From assembly GCA_004292595.1 (NCBI GenBank), contig RDXM01000083.1, positions 79,215-143,214 on the forward strand: a stretch of 64,000 bases of DNA. Reading direction: 5' to 3'. This document shows positions 18,194 to 27,977 of the stretch, piece by piece. The position numbers and the translations under genes were made by a program. Source of the DNA: Candidatus Kapaibacterium sp. (GTDB lineage Bacteria > Bacteroidota > Ignavibacteria > Kapaibacteriales > UBA4661). The stretch's first letter is position 1. Each line of letters begins with the position of its first letter. The notes below the pieces were generated by a model that did no database searches, had not been told where the DNA came from, and saw only the letters and a list, made by a program, of their open reading frames with translations.

Positions 18194-19300
18194 CTACACA
18201 ATCCACGGTTTCTTTTCTGGCGACGAAATATGAACCGCTTTCGAGCCAACCTGAATAAAGACCGTTCTGCTGAACGATTGCCCCGTATCTTCAGAAGCGA
18301 TGGTGATGCCGAGTGCTTGAAGGAGTTGCTTGATAGCAGCAATATTTTTCTCGCCAATTTTGAAATAATTTCCAGCATCTGCGCCCGTTTGCGCACCACC
18401 AGCGAGCTTTGCCGTTAGCTGCGACATCGGCTTGCGGAAGCCCTTGGCTCGCATTTCGTTGATGAGAGCGGGAATGGCAGTATCGGCGAAATATCCAGGC
18501 AAACTCTTCGCTTTTTCGGGCGATGTTTGCGAGCTTGCCAAGGCAACGTGCGCCATACCAACGACATCCTGCGTCGGGCTAAACAAACACACCGCCACAC
18601 ACGAACCAAGCGCGAAGGTTTTCACAATTTTCCCATACTCATACGCCACGCCAAATTCTCCAACACCCAAAATCAGCTGCGGAATGCGCTCTTCGTAGTT
18701 TGGTATAGTTGCTTGCGAAGAAGTCTGCGTTGTACTTGGGCGCACAGGCGACGGAGCAAGACTTGATGAAGCAAGATTTGATGAGGCTTGCGGAGAAATT
18801 TGCGTGGGCAGTTTTGCGGGCAGTGCTGGTGGCGGCGAACCGCCTTGCGCACCAATCATACCGCGCTGACGCGCCGAGCGCACCTCGCTGCCGCTTACCC
18901 GATATGCTGCCCGAATTTTTACCACTAAACGCGCAAGTGTTTCTTGAAAACCTTGCGGATTCAAGGCAGAAGGTTTGGGAATAAAATCTACTGCACCCGC
19001 TTCTAATGCCTGTAAGGTAATACTTTTGTCGTTTTGCGCCCACGAACTGAGAACAATGATGGGCAGAGCATCACGCATCATCGCCGCTTTGATAAAATCC
19101 AAGCCGTTCATCACGGGCATTTCCATATCGGTTACGACGACATCCACAGCAAGTATTTGGAGCTTGTCCAAAGCATCCTGACCATGCACCGCCACGCCAA
19201 CAATTTCTAGCTCATGCTCTGGCGCACTCAAGGACTTCGTGAGCATATCTCGAACAAGTGGCGAATCATCCACTAATAAAACACGTATTTTTTCAGCCAT
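18194..19300 (-). CDS. cheD: Fusion of a CheB-type receiver domain to the CheD chemoreceptor glutamine deamidase.
   Basis: The N-terminal REC (MAEKIRVLLVDDSPLVRDML...) is about 60% identical to the REC of the adjacent CheB. The C-terminal half aligns with B. subtilis CheD (FALGSCVAVCLF..VGMAHVALASS; YFADTAIPALINEMRAKG; AKLAGGAQ; GITIASEDTGQSFSRTVFIQVGSKAVHIS). The start was chosen at the internal Met because the track start at 19429 overlaps cheB. Confidence 0.8.
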   Translation of the reverse strand: MAEKIRVLLVDDSPLVRDMLTKSLSAPEHELEIVGVAVHGQDALDKLQILAVDVVVTDMEMPVMNGLDFIKAAMMRDALPIIVLSSWAQNDKSITLQALEAGAVDFIPKPSALNPQGFQETLARLVVKIRAAYRVSGSEVRSARQRGMIGAQGGSPPPALPAKLPTQISPQASSNLASSSLAPSPVRPSTTQTSSQATIPNYEERIPQLILGVGEFGVAYEYGKIVKTFALGSCVAVCLFSPTQDVVGMAHVALASSQTSPEKAKSLPGYFADTAIPALINEMRAKGFRKPMSQLTAKLAGGAQTGADAGNYFKIGEKNIAAIKQLLQALGITIASEDTGQSFSRTVFIQVGSKAVHISSPEKKPWIV

Positions 19301-19361
19301 ATAAAACGATGGTCGTATATTCAAGTATTCTGGTTGTTCAGGCAGCACATTAGATAACAGA

Positions 19362-20501
19362 TTACACGCCAACTGCCTGCAAAATCGCCGCACCAATTTT
19401 GGGGAGCGGTAACACAGTTTGTACCGCACCGACTTCCTGCGCTACTTTGGGCATTCCAAAGACAACGGAGGTCGCTTCATCCTGCCCAATCGTTTTTGCA
19501 CCTGCATCGCGCATAGCTTTCAAGCCTTGTGCGCCGTCATTGCCCATACCAGTTAAAATCACACCACACGCATTCGCGCCAACGTATTCAGCAACGGACT
19601 TCATCATCACATCCACCGACGGACGATGCCCATTTACTTTATCTTCTTGCGACAACACAATTTCATATCGCCCACCAGAACGCACTACTTTCAAGTGCAT
19701 ATCGCCCGGAGCAACGAGAATACGCCCTGTTACAACGCGGTCGCCGTTGGCAGCTTCTTTTACCTCCATAGCACATTCTTCATTCAAGCGGTCAGCAAAG
19801 GTTTTCGTAAAACCTTGCGGCATATGCTGAACAACAACCACGCCAGGGGTCGTTGCGGGAAACTCACGCACCAAGCGGCGAATAGCCTCCGTACCGCCAG
19901 TGCTTGCACCAATGGCAATCACCTTGTCCGTGGATTCTGCCAGTGCTTTGGCTTTCAGTGGAGTAGTTGTTGCTCCGCCAAGACCAGCACCTGCGCCCGA
20001 AGAAGAAGCCGCTCCAGCACTTGCGCCCGTAATCGCTCCAGCACCTGCCCGCACGGAGTTGAACAGTTCTTCGCGTTTTGATTTCCAGTGCGATACATTT
20101 GCCGTCGAAGCAATTTTTACTTTTGTACGCAATTCCATCATCATCCCTTGCAAGCCCTGTGCCACATTGGAAGTCGGCTTGGCAACAAAATCCACCGCAC
20201 CTGCTTCCAATGCCTGCATGGTAATTTCCTTCCCGCGTTGCGTCAGCGAACTGACCATCACAACCGGAAGAGGAAATTGCGGCATTAAACGGCGCAAAAA
20301 CTCAACGCCATCCATACGTGGCATTTCGACATCCAGCGTGAGAACATCGGGACGCAATTCCACAATTTTATCCCGTGCAACAAACGGGTCTGGCGCAACG
20401 CCAACGACTTCGATATTTGGGTCTGCGCCCAAACCTTGCGAAAGAATATCCCGCACCAAAGCGGAATCATCAACGATAAGAACACGAATTTTTTTGCTCA
20501 T
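19362..20501 (-). CDS. cheB: Protein-glutamate methylesterase CheB (REC plus methylesterase).
   Basis: REC MSKKIRVLIVDDSALVRD and a methylesterase core AIGASTGGTEAI...VVVQHMPQGFT...GRILVAPGDMHL. Confidence 0.9.
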   Translation of the reverse strand: MSKKIRVLIVDDSALVRDILSQGLGADPNIEVVGVAPDPFVARDKIVELRPDVLTLDVEMPRMDGVEFLRRLMPQFPLPVVMVSSLTQRGKEITMQALEAGAVDFVAKPTSNVAQGLQGMMMELRTKVKIASTANVSHWKSKREELFNSVRAGAGAITGASAGAASSSGAGAGLGGATTTPLKAKALAESTDKVIAIGASTGGTEAIRRLVREFPATTPGVVVVQHMPQGFTKTFADRLNEECAMEVKEAANGDRVVTGRILVAPGDMHLKVVRSGGRYEIVLSQEDKVNGHRPSVDVMMKSVAEYVGANACGVILTGMGNDGAQGLKAMRDAGAKTIGQDEATSVVFGMPKVAQEVGAVQTVLPLPKIGAAILQAVGV

Positions 20502-20595
20502 TGCGCTTACAATCTAATAGAAGGTGAAGAATAGACAAGAATATACAAGATTATACGATAAATACAATAATGTGATGACCAAACGTTGAGCGTTT

Positions 20596-21453
20596 TTACG
20601 GCTTTTGGTACAATGCTGGACTAATATAACGAAAGGATGATGAATCACGTGAAATAGTCTCTGAATGCCCAATAAATAAGAAACCGCCCGGCTCAAGCGC
20701 GTTGTAGAAGCGTTCGACAAGTGCATCGCGGGTGGGTTTATCAAAATAAATCATGACATTTCGGCAAAAAATGGCGTGGAATGGGCGTTTGAAAGGAAAG
20801 TGCGTATTCATCAAATTAAATTTTCGATAGACAACATCTTTCTGCACCTGCGGTAAAATCTGGATTTCACCTGTGGGAAGCTGTTTGGTGTATTTACGTC
20901 TGTAATTATCGGGCAATAGCTCAATGCGTTCAAGCGGATAGACTCCTGCCTCGGCAACACCCAGCGCACGTTCGGAAATATCCGTCGCCAACACGCCTGC
21001 TTTCCACTTGGGATATTCTGCGCCAAAGTAATCCATAAGAAGCATTTGCAGCATATACGACTCTTCGCCCGAAGAGCAGCCAGCACACCAAATACGCAGG
21101 TCAAATTCACGCTTTGCGCTGAGTGTCGCCGAAATGCTCGGTAAAAACTGCCGCGTAAAAAACTCAAAGTGGTCTTTTTCGCGCCAGAAAAACGTATGAT
21201 TTGTGGTAATGTGATTGGCAAATTCAATCAGTGCTTCGGAATTGCCGCCAGCACGTGTCAAATACTCGTGATACTCATGGAAACTCGTCATTCCCATCTT
21301 CCGAAGCACTTTTTGTAAGCGCACCGTTACCATCGTCCGCTTTTCGGGAGGCAAGAAAATACCAAAACGGTCATACACAAGACGGCTCAAGCTGTCAAAT
21401 TCATCAACTGAAAGCTGAACCGAAACAATATCTTCAATCGCTGGAACCTGCAT
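20596..21453 (-). CDS. cheR: Chemotaxis protein methyltransferase CheR.
   Basis: The CheR N-terminal domain plus a SAM-dependent methyltransferase fold: TNHTFFWRE...RIWCAGCSSGEESYMLQM...FCRNVMIYFD. Confidence 0.9.
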   Translation of the reverse strand: MQVPAIEDIVSVQLSVDEFDSLSRLVYDRFGIFLPPEKRTMVTVRLQKVLRKMGMTSFHEYHEYLTRAGGNSEALIEFANHITTNHTFFWREKDHFEFFTRQFLPSISATLSAKREFDLRIWCAGCSSGEESYMLQMLLMDYFGAEYPKWKAGVLATDISERALGVAEAGVYPLERIELLPDNYRRKYTKQLPTGEIQILPQVQKDVVYRKFNLMNTHFPFKRPFHAIFCRNVMIYFDKPTRDALVERFYNALEPGGFLFIGHSETISRDSSSFRYISPALYQKP

Positions 21454-21473
21454 ATATCCTCATCATTTTGTGG

Positions 21474-23630
21474 TTAATAGCGACCAAACTCGCTGTCATC
21501 AAGGCGAATGGTGTCGTGTGCGGCGAGCATTTTTTGCGACGGTGCCGCAAGGTGCGCATCTTCTTTTTCTAACGATGCTTTTCTTGCATTGCCACTAGCA
21601 ACGCCGCTTTGCTGATACGCTTGCCCGCTATAATTCTTGTGCTTTGAAGGCATTTCATGTTTCAGTTTTGGGGAAGAACCATGATGCAATGACCCCGCTC
21701 CAAACGAGGAGTCTTGGCGCAACTGAAAGCGCGAGCTGACAACATTATTCAGTTCAACCGCTTGTTTAGAAAGCTCTTCGGCGGCGGCGGCGCACTCTTC
21801 GGCGGCGGCGGTGTTTTGCTGCGTTACGCGGTCAATCTGCGCAAGCCCAATATTAACTTGCGAAATACCTTGCGCTTGCTCATTCGAGGCAGAAGCAATT
21901 TCACCAACAATATCACGGACTTTCACACTAGCAAGCATGATTTCTTCGAGTGCCTGCGCGGTACGAGCAGCAATTTGTGTGCCTCTATCTGCGGTTTCGA
22001 CCGCAGATTCAATCAAATCTGCTGTTTCTTTCGCCGCTTTCGCGCTGCGTGCTGCCAAGCTCCGCACCTCTTCTGCGACCACCGCAAAACCCTTTCCATG
22101 CCGCCCTGCACGCGCCGCTTCCACAGCCGCATTCAGCGCAAGCAAATTCGTTTGGAAAGCAATTTCGTCAATGACTTTGATAATTTTTGAAATATTTCTG
22201 CTGGATTCGTTAATTGCCGACATTGCACTGCCAAGCTGCTCCATTTCTGCATTTCCACGTTGAGCAATGCTATTTGCATCCAAAGCAACAATATTTGCCT
22301 GATTTGCATTCTCAGCATTGATGCGGGTTTGCGAGGCAAGTTCGTGCATGGAGCCAGTAATTTCTTCCAATGCTGCTGCCTGCTCCGACGCACCATGCGA
22401 GAGCGACGTGCTTGCGTCGGCTACTTGCGACGCGCCACGCGTTACTTGCCCAATAATTTCCATTACATTTTGCAGAACATCAGCAATCGCGCTAATCGTG
22501 GAGTTGATATTTGACTTCAATGCCGCGTGGTCGCCTTTGTAATTGCCTTGCATTGGCTGGCGCAAATCACCCTCAGCCATATGCTTCAGCACCGATACCG
22601 CTTCTTGAATGGGATAAATCGTGGCATCCAACGTAGAATTTACGCCCGCAATAATGTCGCGGTACGCACCGTGAAAATGCTTTTCGTTGCCGCGTGTTTT
22701 CAGGTCGCCGCTTGTGGCAGCCTTTGTCAGCCCGTTGGTTTCTTCGGCAAGGTCTTGAATTGTCTGAACAATTTGCTTCTTCATCCTAGCGAGGTCGCCC
22801 ATTTCATCGAGGTTTGAAATGCTAAAGGAAATATTTTTCAAGTCGCCCACAGCAACCTTCGCATTCACTTCTTGGAGAAGTTTGATGGGCTTGACAAGGA
22901 ATCCGGCAATCAGGAAAATAGCAAGAATAATGCCCGCCGATGACAACCCAACAATCGAAGCAATCACCAAGGATTTTTCCGCCGTTGTTGCCTGTACCTC
23001 GTTCAAGCTCATGCTTACTTCAAATGCTCCATGCACTTCGCCTACTTTCCAGTTTTCCATTTTCGCGCCCGTTATGTCCTTGCCCTCAGAGTTTCCCCAC
23101 AATGCTGCTGATTCTGCTGGGTCGCCATGACATTGCATACATTCTTGCGTCAATTTTATCGGGCGGAAGTAGTGCAGTTGATTGGTGGCAGCATCTATTT
23201 CTTGATATTCGGTCAGCGTACCATCTTCAAGTTTTCTCAGAACAGCAAGCTCATTTGCATTTGGCTCATTGTCGGGATTGCGCGGTTGAATTTTCGGAAC
23301 TTTTATCGTAAAGCCTAGTTCCCGTGCCTTTTTCCGCGCTACTTCCATTGCCGAAAAAATCGGAATAGTATGCAAAATCTGCTCGGTGGTAAAGTTCGAT
23401 GAGCGCACATCTTTGAATACGCCTTGTTTTATCTGGTCGGCGGCATATTCGCGGGCGGACTCTGCCGCATAGACCAGTGTTCGCGCCTTATTCACGAGCG
23501 CATCAGTCGCGGCTTCGCGGTAAATTTTTGAAAAATACCAGTATGAAACAGCACCGCTCGCAAGAGAAATAATGACAATCGGCAAAATAAGTTTCCAGCG
23601 AATAGGCAAAGAAAGCCACCAGTTTTTCAT
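21474..23630 (-). CDS. Methyl-accepting chemotaxis protein with a periplasmic CxxCH (c-type heme) sensor domain (DUF3365/Tll0287-like).
   Basis: TM1, then a periplasmic domain ending [47 protein letters not shown], then TM2, HAMP repeats and the MA core [35 protein letters not shown]. The likely start is the internal Met [10 protein letters not shown]. Confidence 0.8.
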   Translation of the reverse strand: MKNWWLSLPIRWKLILPIVIISLASGAVSYWYFSKIYREAATDALVNKARTLVYAAESAREYAADQIKQGVFKDVRSSNFTTEQILHTIPIFSAMEVARKKARELGFTIKVPKIQPRNPDNEPNANELAVLRKLEDGTLTEYQEIDAATNQLHYFRPIKLTQECMQCHGDPAESAALWGNSEGKDITGAKMENWKVGEVHGAFEVSMSLNEVQATTAEKSLVIASIVGLSSAGIILAIFLIAGFLVKPIKLLQEVNAKVAVGDLKNISFSISNLDEMGDLARMKKQIVQTIQDLAEETNGLTKAATSGDLKTRGNEKHFHGAYRDIIAGVNSTLDATIYPIQEAVSVLKHMAEGDLRQPMQGNYKGDHAALKSNINSTISAIADVLQNVMEIIGQVTRGASQVADASTSLSHGASEQAAALEEITGSMHELASQTRINAENANQANIVALDANSIAQRGNAEMEQLGSAMSAINESSRNISKIIKVIDEIAFQTNLLALNAAVEAARAGRHGKGFAVVAEEVRSLAARSAKAAKETADLIESAVETADRGTQIAARTAQALEEIMLASVKVRDIVGEIASASNEQAQGISQVNIGLAQIDRVTQQNTAAAEECAAAAEELSKQAVELNNVVSSRFQLRQDSSFGAGSLHHGSSPKLKHEMPSKHKNYSGQAYQQSGVASGNARKASLEKEDAHLAAPSQKMLAAHDTIRLDDSEFGRY

Positions 23631-23794
23631 GGTATAGTCTCCAAAAATATAGTACAATCGTGTAATACAGTCGTATTGTACAATCAAACACGAAAAAAAT
23701 TTATTGATTTATTGGCACAAAAAGCTCTCTGTTCTTGCTTTCACACCCATTGCGTACCTTGCCCAGAATCTTTCTTGCTCTGAATTATTGCTCT

Positions 23795-23933
23795 CCTCTG
23801 TACACGACAAAACCTCTGAAAGGTGCATAAAATCAGGCTTCAGTGGCTTGAGGCTTCTTGCCTGTGTTTGTCGTCTGAAACCCGCACCAGAATGTCTGTG
23901 CCACTATGAAAGGAGTTTTGTCGTATACAGAGG
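23795..23933. repeat. MITE-like element of about 139 bp with 19 bp terminal inverted repeats (cctctgtacacgacaaaac / gttttgtcgtatacagagg). Copy A.
   Basis: The core taaaatcaggcttcagtggcttgaggcttcttgcctgtgtttgtcgtctgaaacccgca recurs, inverted, at about 31442..31566. The TIRs were read directly. Confidence 0.55.
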
Positions 23934-23954
23934 TTGCTCTCGTTATTGCTCTCA

Positions 23955-26477
23955 TTATTGCTCCAGCATTTCCAATACTTCCAGCGCACCCTCATTCAAC
24001 GATAAAACAGCATCAACATCAGTAATCAAGCCAATTTCACCGTTGCTGAGTATCATGCAGCCTGTTACGCCTTTCACGCTGCCCACATAGTCCGAAAGCC
24101 CCTTGACAACGATTTGCTGCTGCCCGATAATTTCATCCACAAACAAGCACGCACGTCGCTCGCGGGCTTCGACCACCACCAAAATTCCTTTCTGCAAATT
24201 TGTTGTTTGTGGTACAATGTCATAGACTTCATGCAAACGAATGACCGAAAACAAATCCTCTCTCACGCGCACCACTTCTTGCCCATCCATCGTAATCGTG
24301 ATAGCTTCGGGCTGCGGGCGAAACGATTCTCGAATAGAAAGTATCGGCAGGGCGTACACTGCTTGACCAACACGAATCAACATTCCTTCCATAATCGCTA
24401 AGGTCAAGGGAATACGCAGCGTGAAGCGTGTTCCCAAGCCCTCTTTGCTGTCCACCGTAATGCTGCCTTGCAACTTTTCGATATTCCGCTTCACAACGTC
24501 CATTCCCACGCCACGTCCCGAAATATCCGAGATTTTATCAGCAGTAGAAAAGCCCGGCTCGAAAATAATTTGAAAAACTTCGCGGTCGGTTACTTTGTCG
24601 GGAGCGGTTTTGATAATTCCTTTAGAAACAGCTTTATCCAAAATTTTCTGCCGATTCAATCCGCCACCGTCATCTTCAATAATAATCAAAATTTCATTTC
24701 CTTCGTACCGAGCTTGTAGTTTCACAACGCCTGTTTCGCTCTTTCCTGCTGCAATGCGCCGTTCACGGCTTTCTACGCCGTGGTCTATCGCATTGCGAAG
24801 AATGTGCATGAGCGGGTCGGAGATTTCTTCAATAACGTTTTTATCCATTTCCGTTTCCGCGCCAGAAATCACCAAGCTAATTTTCTTGTCGAAGCGCATG
24901 GACACGTCGCGCACGAGGCGTTTCATTTTATTGAACAAGCCTTCAACAGGTGTCATACGAATTGACATCGTTACTTCCTGCAATTCGCGGGTAATTTTAT
25001 TCAGCATTCCTGCTGCCCGCGTGAAGCTCTGCAATTCCAACGCAACCACTTCAGGATTGCTTGTTACCATTGTTTCAATGGTAATCAACTCGCCAACCAA
25101 ATCAAAAAGTTTATCCAATTTTTCGGTATCCACACGAATATCTTTGCGCTGGGCAAGCCCAGATGCCGCTTGCGGAGCGGCGGCTTGCGTGGCAGACGAT
25201 TGCATCGCCACTGGCGAAGGAGCTTGCTCAATGTTTGCCGACACTGCTTCTGGCAATACGTCCGAAGAAGCGAATTTTGGTATGTCGTTATGCAGCGCAG
25301 CAGCAGCCTGTATGCTGTGTGCAGGAATATCCTGTATATGTACGGATGCGGGTTGTGCAGAAGATACCTGCGCTGGCGAAGCCGAAAGGGTCGCAGTTTG
25401 GACATTCTTTGCTTTAGCAGCCTCCTTAGGAGCATCCTGCTGCTGCGAACTCACGCTCGGTGCATTGGTCATAAGTGCTTGCACGGCAGTTTTGATGATG
25501 TCGATATTGGTCAAAATCATCGAAATCAAGCCTGGATAAACCTCAATCGCCTTTGAGCGCACGGCATCAAGGATATTTTCCAAATCCATACTCATATCTT
25601 CAATTTCTGCAAAGCCCATAAAACCTGAGTTTCCCTTAATGCTATGCACTGCACCAAAGACATCGGCGACAATGCCCATATTGTGGGGGTCTTGCTCCAA
25701 AATCAAGCACCCATCTTCGACACGAGCAATCAGGTCGAGTGCTTCGGCAACATAGCGTGCAAGCATTTCACCTGTGGCGGCGGCGAGTCCTGCTCTATCG
25801 GGGAAGTCCGACTCAGAAGCTACTGGTGCAGCAACTGGAGGTGGTGGTGGTGTTTCTTCGCTGCTCAGAAGCGCGAGTTGGTCGTCATTAAAGAAAAAAT
25901 CGGTATCGGAGAAGATAGATTGAGATTGAAATTGCGTAGCAGCGTGTGTATGAGCTTCTGGATTGGCGGAAGAAGAAAACGACGGAGCAAACATTGGCTC
26001 TTCGCTCGGCACAAAAACTTCTTGAGATGGTGCGTGAGATGCTGGTGGCTTGGAAGCACTCTCAAGCCTTCCTCCGCCAGACTTCAGCAGTGTAATTGCT
26101 TGCTGCAAGCGTCCGATAAGATTTTTGACAGAGACTTCCTGTCCAGTATCTTTCAGCGAATCACTCACGGTATTGAGCAGGGTGCGAATAACGTCAAATG
26201 CCTCGTAAATAATACCGATGATGTCTTCATTGGGAATCCCAGTCATATTGCGCAGAATGTCCAGCATTGTTTCGGACTCATGCGTTACGGTATTGATGGT
26301 GTTAAAATTCAAAAAGCCCGACAGTCCCTTAATCGTGTGGAAAACGCGAAAAATGGAATGAATACTCTCTCGATTCGAGCCATCGGCAATATCCTGAATA
26401 CGACCTTCCTGCTCATCAAGTGAGTCTAATGATTCGGCAACAAATGCGCGGACTATCTCCAGCGTTTCACGATCCAT
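23955..26477 (-). CDS. cheA: Chemotaxis histidine kinase CheA with two tandem Hpt (P1) domains.
   Basis: P1 domains HSIFRVFHTIKGLSGFL and VFGAVHSIKGNSGFMGF, a dimerisation domain, an HATPase domain (IIIEDDGGGL...GRGVGMDVV) and a C-terminal CheW-like P5. Confidence 0.9.
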   Translation of the reverse strand: MDRETLEIVRAFVAESLDSLDEQEGRIQDIADGSNRESIHSIFRVFHTIKGLSGFLNFNTINTVTHESETMLDILRNMTGIPNEDIIGIIYEAFDVIRTLLNTVSDSLKDTGQEVSVKNLIGRLQQAITLLKSGGGRLESASKPPASHAPSQEVFVPSEEPMFAPSFSSSANPEAHTHAATQFQSQSIFSDTDFFFNDDQLALLSSEETPPPPPVAAPVASESDFPDRAGLAAATGEMLARYVAEALDLIARVEDGCLILEQDPHNMGIVADVFGAVHSIKGNSGFMGFAEIEDMSMDLENILDAVRSKAIEVYPGLISMILTNIDIIKTAVQALMTNAPSVSSQQQDAPKEAAKAKNVQTATLSASPAQVSSAQPASVHIQDIPAHSIQAAAALHNDIPKFASSDVLPEAVSANIEQAPSPVAMQSSATQAAAPQAASGLAQRKDIRVDTEKLDKLFDLVGELITIETMVTSNPEVVALELQSFTRAAGMLNKITRELQEVTMSIRMTPVEGLFNKMKRLVRDVSMRFDKKISLVISGAETEMDKNVIEEISDPLMHILRNAIDHGVESRERRIAAGKSETGVVKLQARYEGNEILIIIEDDGGGLNRQKILDKAVSKGIIKTAPDKVTDREVFQIIFEPGFSTADKISDISGRGVGMDVVKRNIEKLQGSITVDSKEGLGTRFTLRIPLTLAIMEGMLIRVGQAVYALPILSIRESFRPQPEAITITMDGQEVVRVREDLFSVIRLHEVYDIVPQTTNLQKGILVVVEARERRACLFVDEIIGQQQIVVKGLSDYVGSVKGVTGCMILSNGEIGLITDVDAVLSLNEGALEVLEMLEQ

Positions 26478-26731
26478 GATACTTTAATAGAATTGAGTAA
26501 AGGAAATAACACAAACCACGACAAGAAACCAAGAGCAAAACACGGCAGCAGCCTCTTTACTTTACTTGCAATGAAGAAATATGCCATTTTGCAGCCGAGA
26601 ATATACGAAAAAAAAGTTTGTTTCGTCAAAAGAATAGATGAATTGAGAATTGTTTAATCCGATTGATTTGATAAATTACGCCGCCTTGATATATTGCACA
26701 ATATATTGCACACAAGTACAACACATTTTTT

Positions 26732-27901
26732 ATGCACACATTAGAATCGGTATCACACGTGACAAAAGCACACCACATCTACGTTCCCTCGCTTTTCCCC
26801 GCACTTTCTATTCCAACAAGAATGCGCTCGGAATCCCACTATTCGGGTAAAGGCATCTGTATCGCAATGATTGATTCAGGTTTCGTGCCGCATCCCGACC
26901 TCACAAAACCCGAAAATCGCATCCTTCGCTACTTCGATGCTGTCAAAAAAGAAGAGGCAGACCTTCCACCAACCAAGCCTGAAGTATATTCATGGCACGG
27001 CACCATGACCGCGTGCACCGCCGCTGGAAACGGCTTTCTCTCTCGAAAACTCTACTCTTCGCTTGCTTACAATGCCAACGTCGTGCTGGTGCGAACCATG
27101 GACGACAAAGGCTCTATCCCCACAAAGCGCATCGCAGAGGCGTTGGAGTGGTGCTTGCAGAACGCGAAAAAATATGGCATCAACATCATCAATTTGTCTG
27201 TCTATGCCGATGAAATGGACACATCGCTCGAACATCCCGTTACAAAGCTCGTTGAAGAGGCTTCGCGGCGTGGTATTGTCGTTGTTGCGGCATCGGGCAA
27301 TAATCCTCGTGTTCCTCTCTACCCACCTGCCTGTGCGCCTTCGGCGATTACCGTCGGTGGCTTGGACGATAAAAACAATCTTCTTGAGGACGACGGCTTG
27401 TATCATTCCAGTTTCGGACGCACGATTGAAGGCTTGACAAAACCAGAAGTTATCGCACCTGCAATCTGGCTTCCCGCACCAATTCTGCCCGGAACGCCCA
27501 CACACACCGAAGCCTCCGCGCTTTCGGCACTCGACAATATGCTCGACGATATGCTGATGACCACGCTGCCTTTGCTTTTGCCCAAAACTGGCTTACCGCT
27601 TGAACTCTTGCGCAATAGCAATGTGGATGAAATTCGTACAAAAATCAATGAGCGTTTGCAGGGAGAAAAAATTATTTCGCCTAACTACAAACACGTGGAC
27701 GGTACGTCATTTGCCGCGCCGATTGTCTGCTCGGTTATCGCGCAAATGCTCGAAGCAAACGACCGCCTCACGCCTGCAAAAATTAAGGAAATCCTCACCC
27801 AAACCGCACGAACACTGCCCAATTATCCATCCGAACCACAAGGACACGGCATGGTACAAGCAACAGCAGCAGTAGAAGCGGCAGCAGTGGCAACGTTGTA
27901 G
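26732..27901 (+). CDS. Subtilisin-like serine peptidase (S8 family).
   Basis: The catalytic triad context ICIAMIDSG (Asp), WHGT (His) and GTSFAAP (Ser). No obvious signal peptide from this start; the true start is uncertain. Confidence 0.8.
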   Translation: MHTLESVSHVTKAHHIYVPSLFPALSIPTRMRSESHYSGKGICIAMIDSGFVPHPDLTKPENRILRYFDAVKKEEADLPPTKPEVYSWHGTMTACTAAGNGFLSRKLYSSLAYNANVVLVRTMDDKGSIPTKRIAEALEWCLQNAKKYGINIINLSVYADEMDTSLEHPVTKLVEEASRRGIVVVAASGNNPRVPLYPPACAPSAITVGGLDDKNNLLEDDGLYHSSFGRTIEGLTKPEVIAPAIWLPAPILPGTPTHTEASALSALDNMLDDMLMTTLPLLLPKTGLPLELLRNSNVDEIRTKINERLQGEKIISPNYKHVDGTSFAAPIVCSVIAQMLEANDRLTPAKIKEILTQTARTLPNYPSEPQGHGMVQATAAVEAAAVATL

Positions 27902-27977
27902 TGCCTCCGCTCTCTGGCTGGCTGCTCCAACTTCAAGAATATCGAAGAGTATCGAATATTTCACCACCAACGCGCAC

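Noticed and set aside
24595-25539. 314 aa plus-strand ORF inside cheA.
   Set aside because: It is antisense to the CheA HATPase/dimerisation region, with a low-complexity Ser/Ala/Cys-rich translation. CheA is supported by multiple domain signatures.
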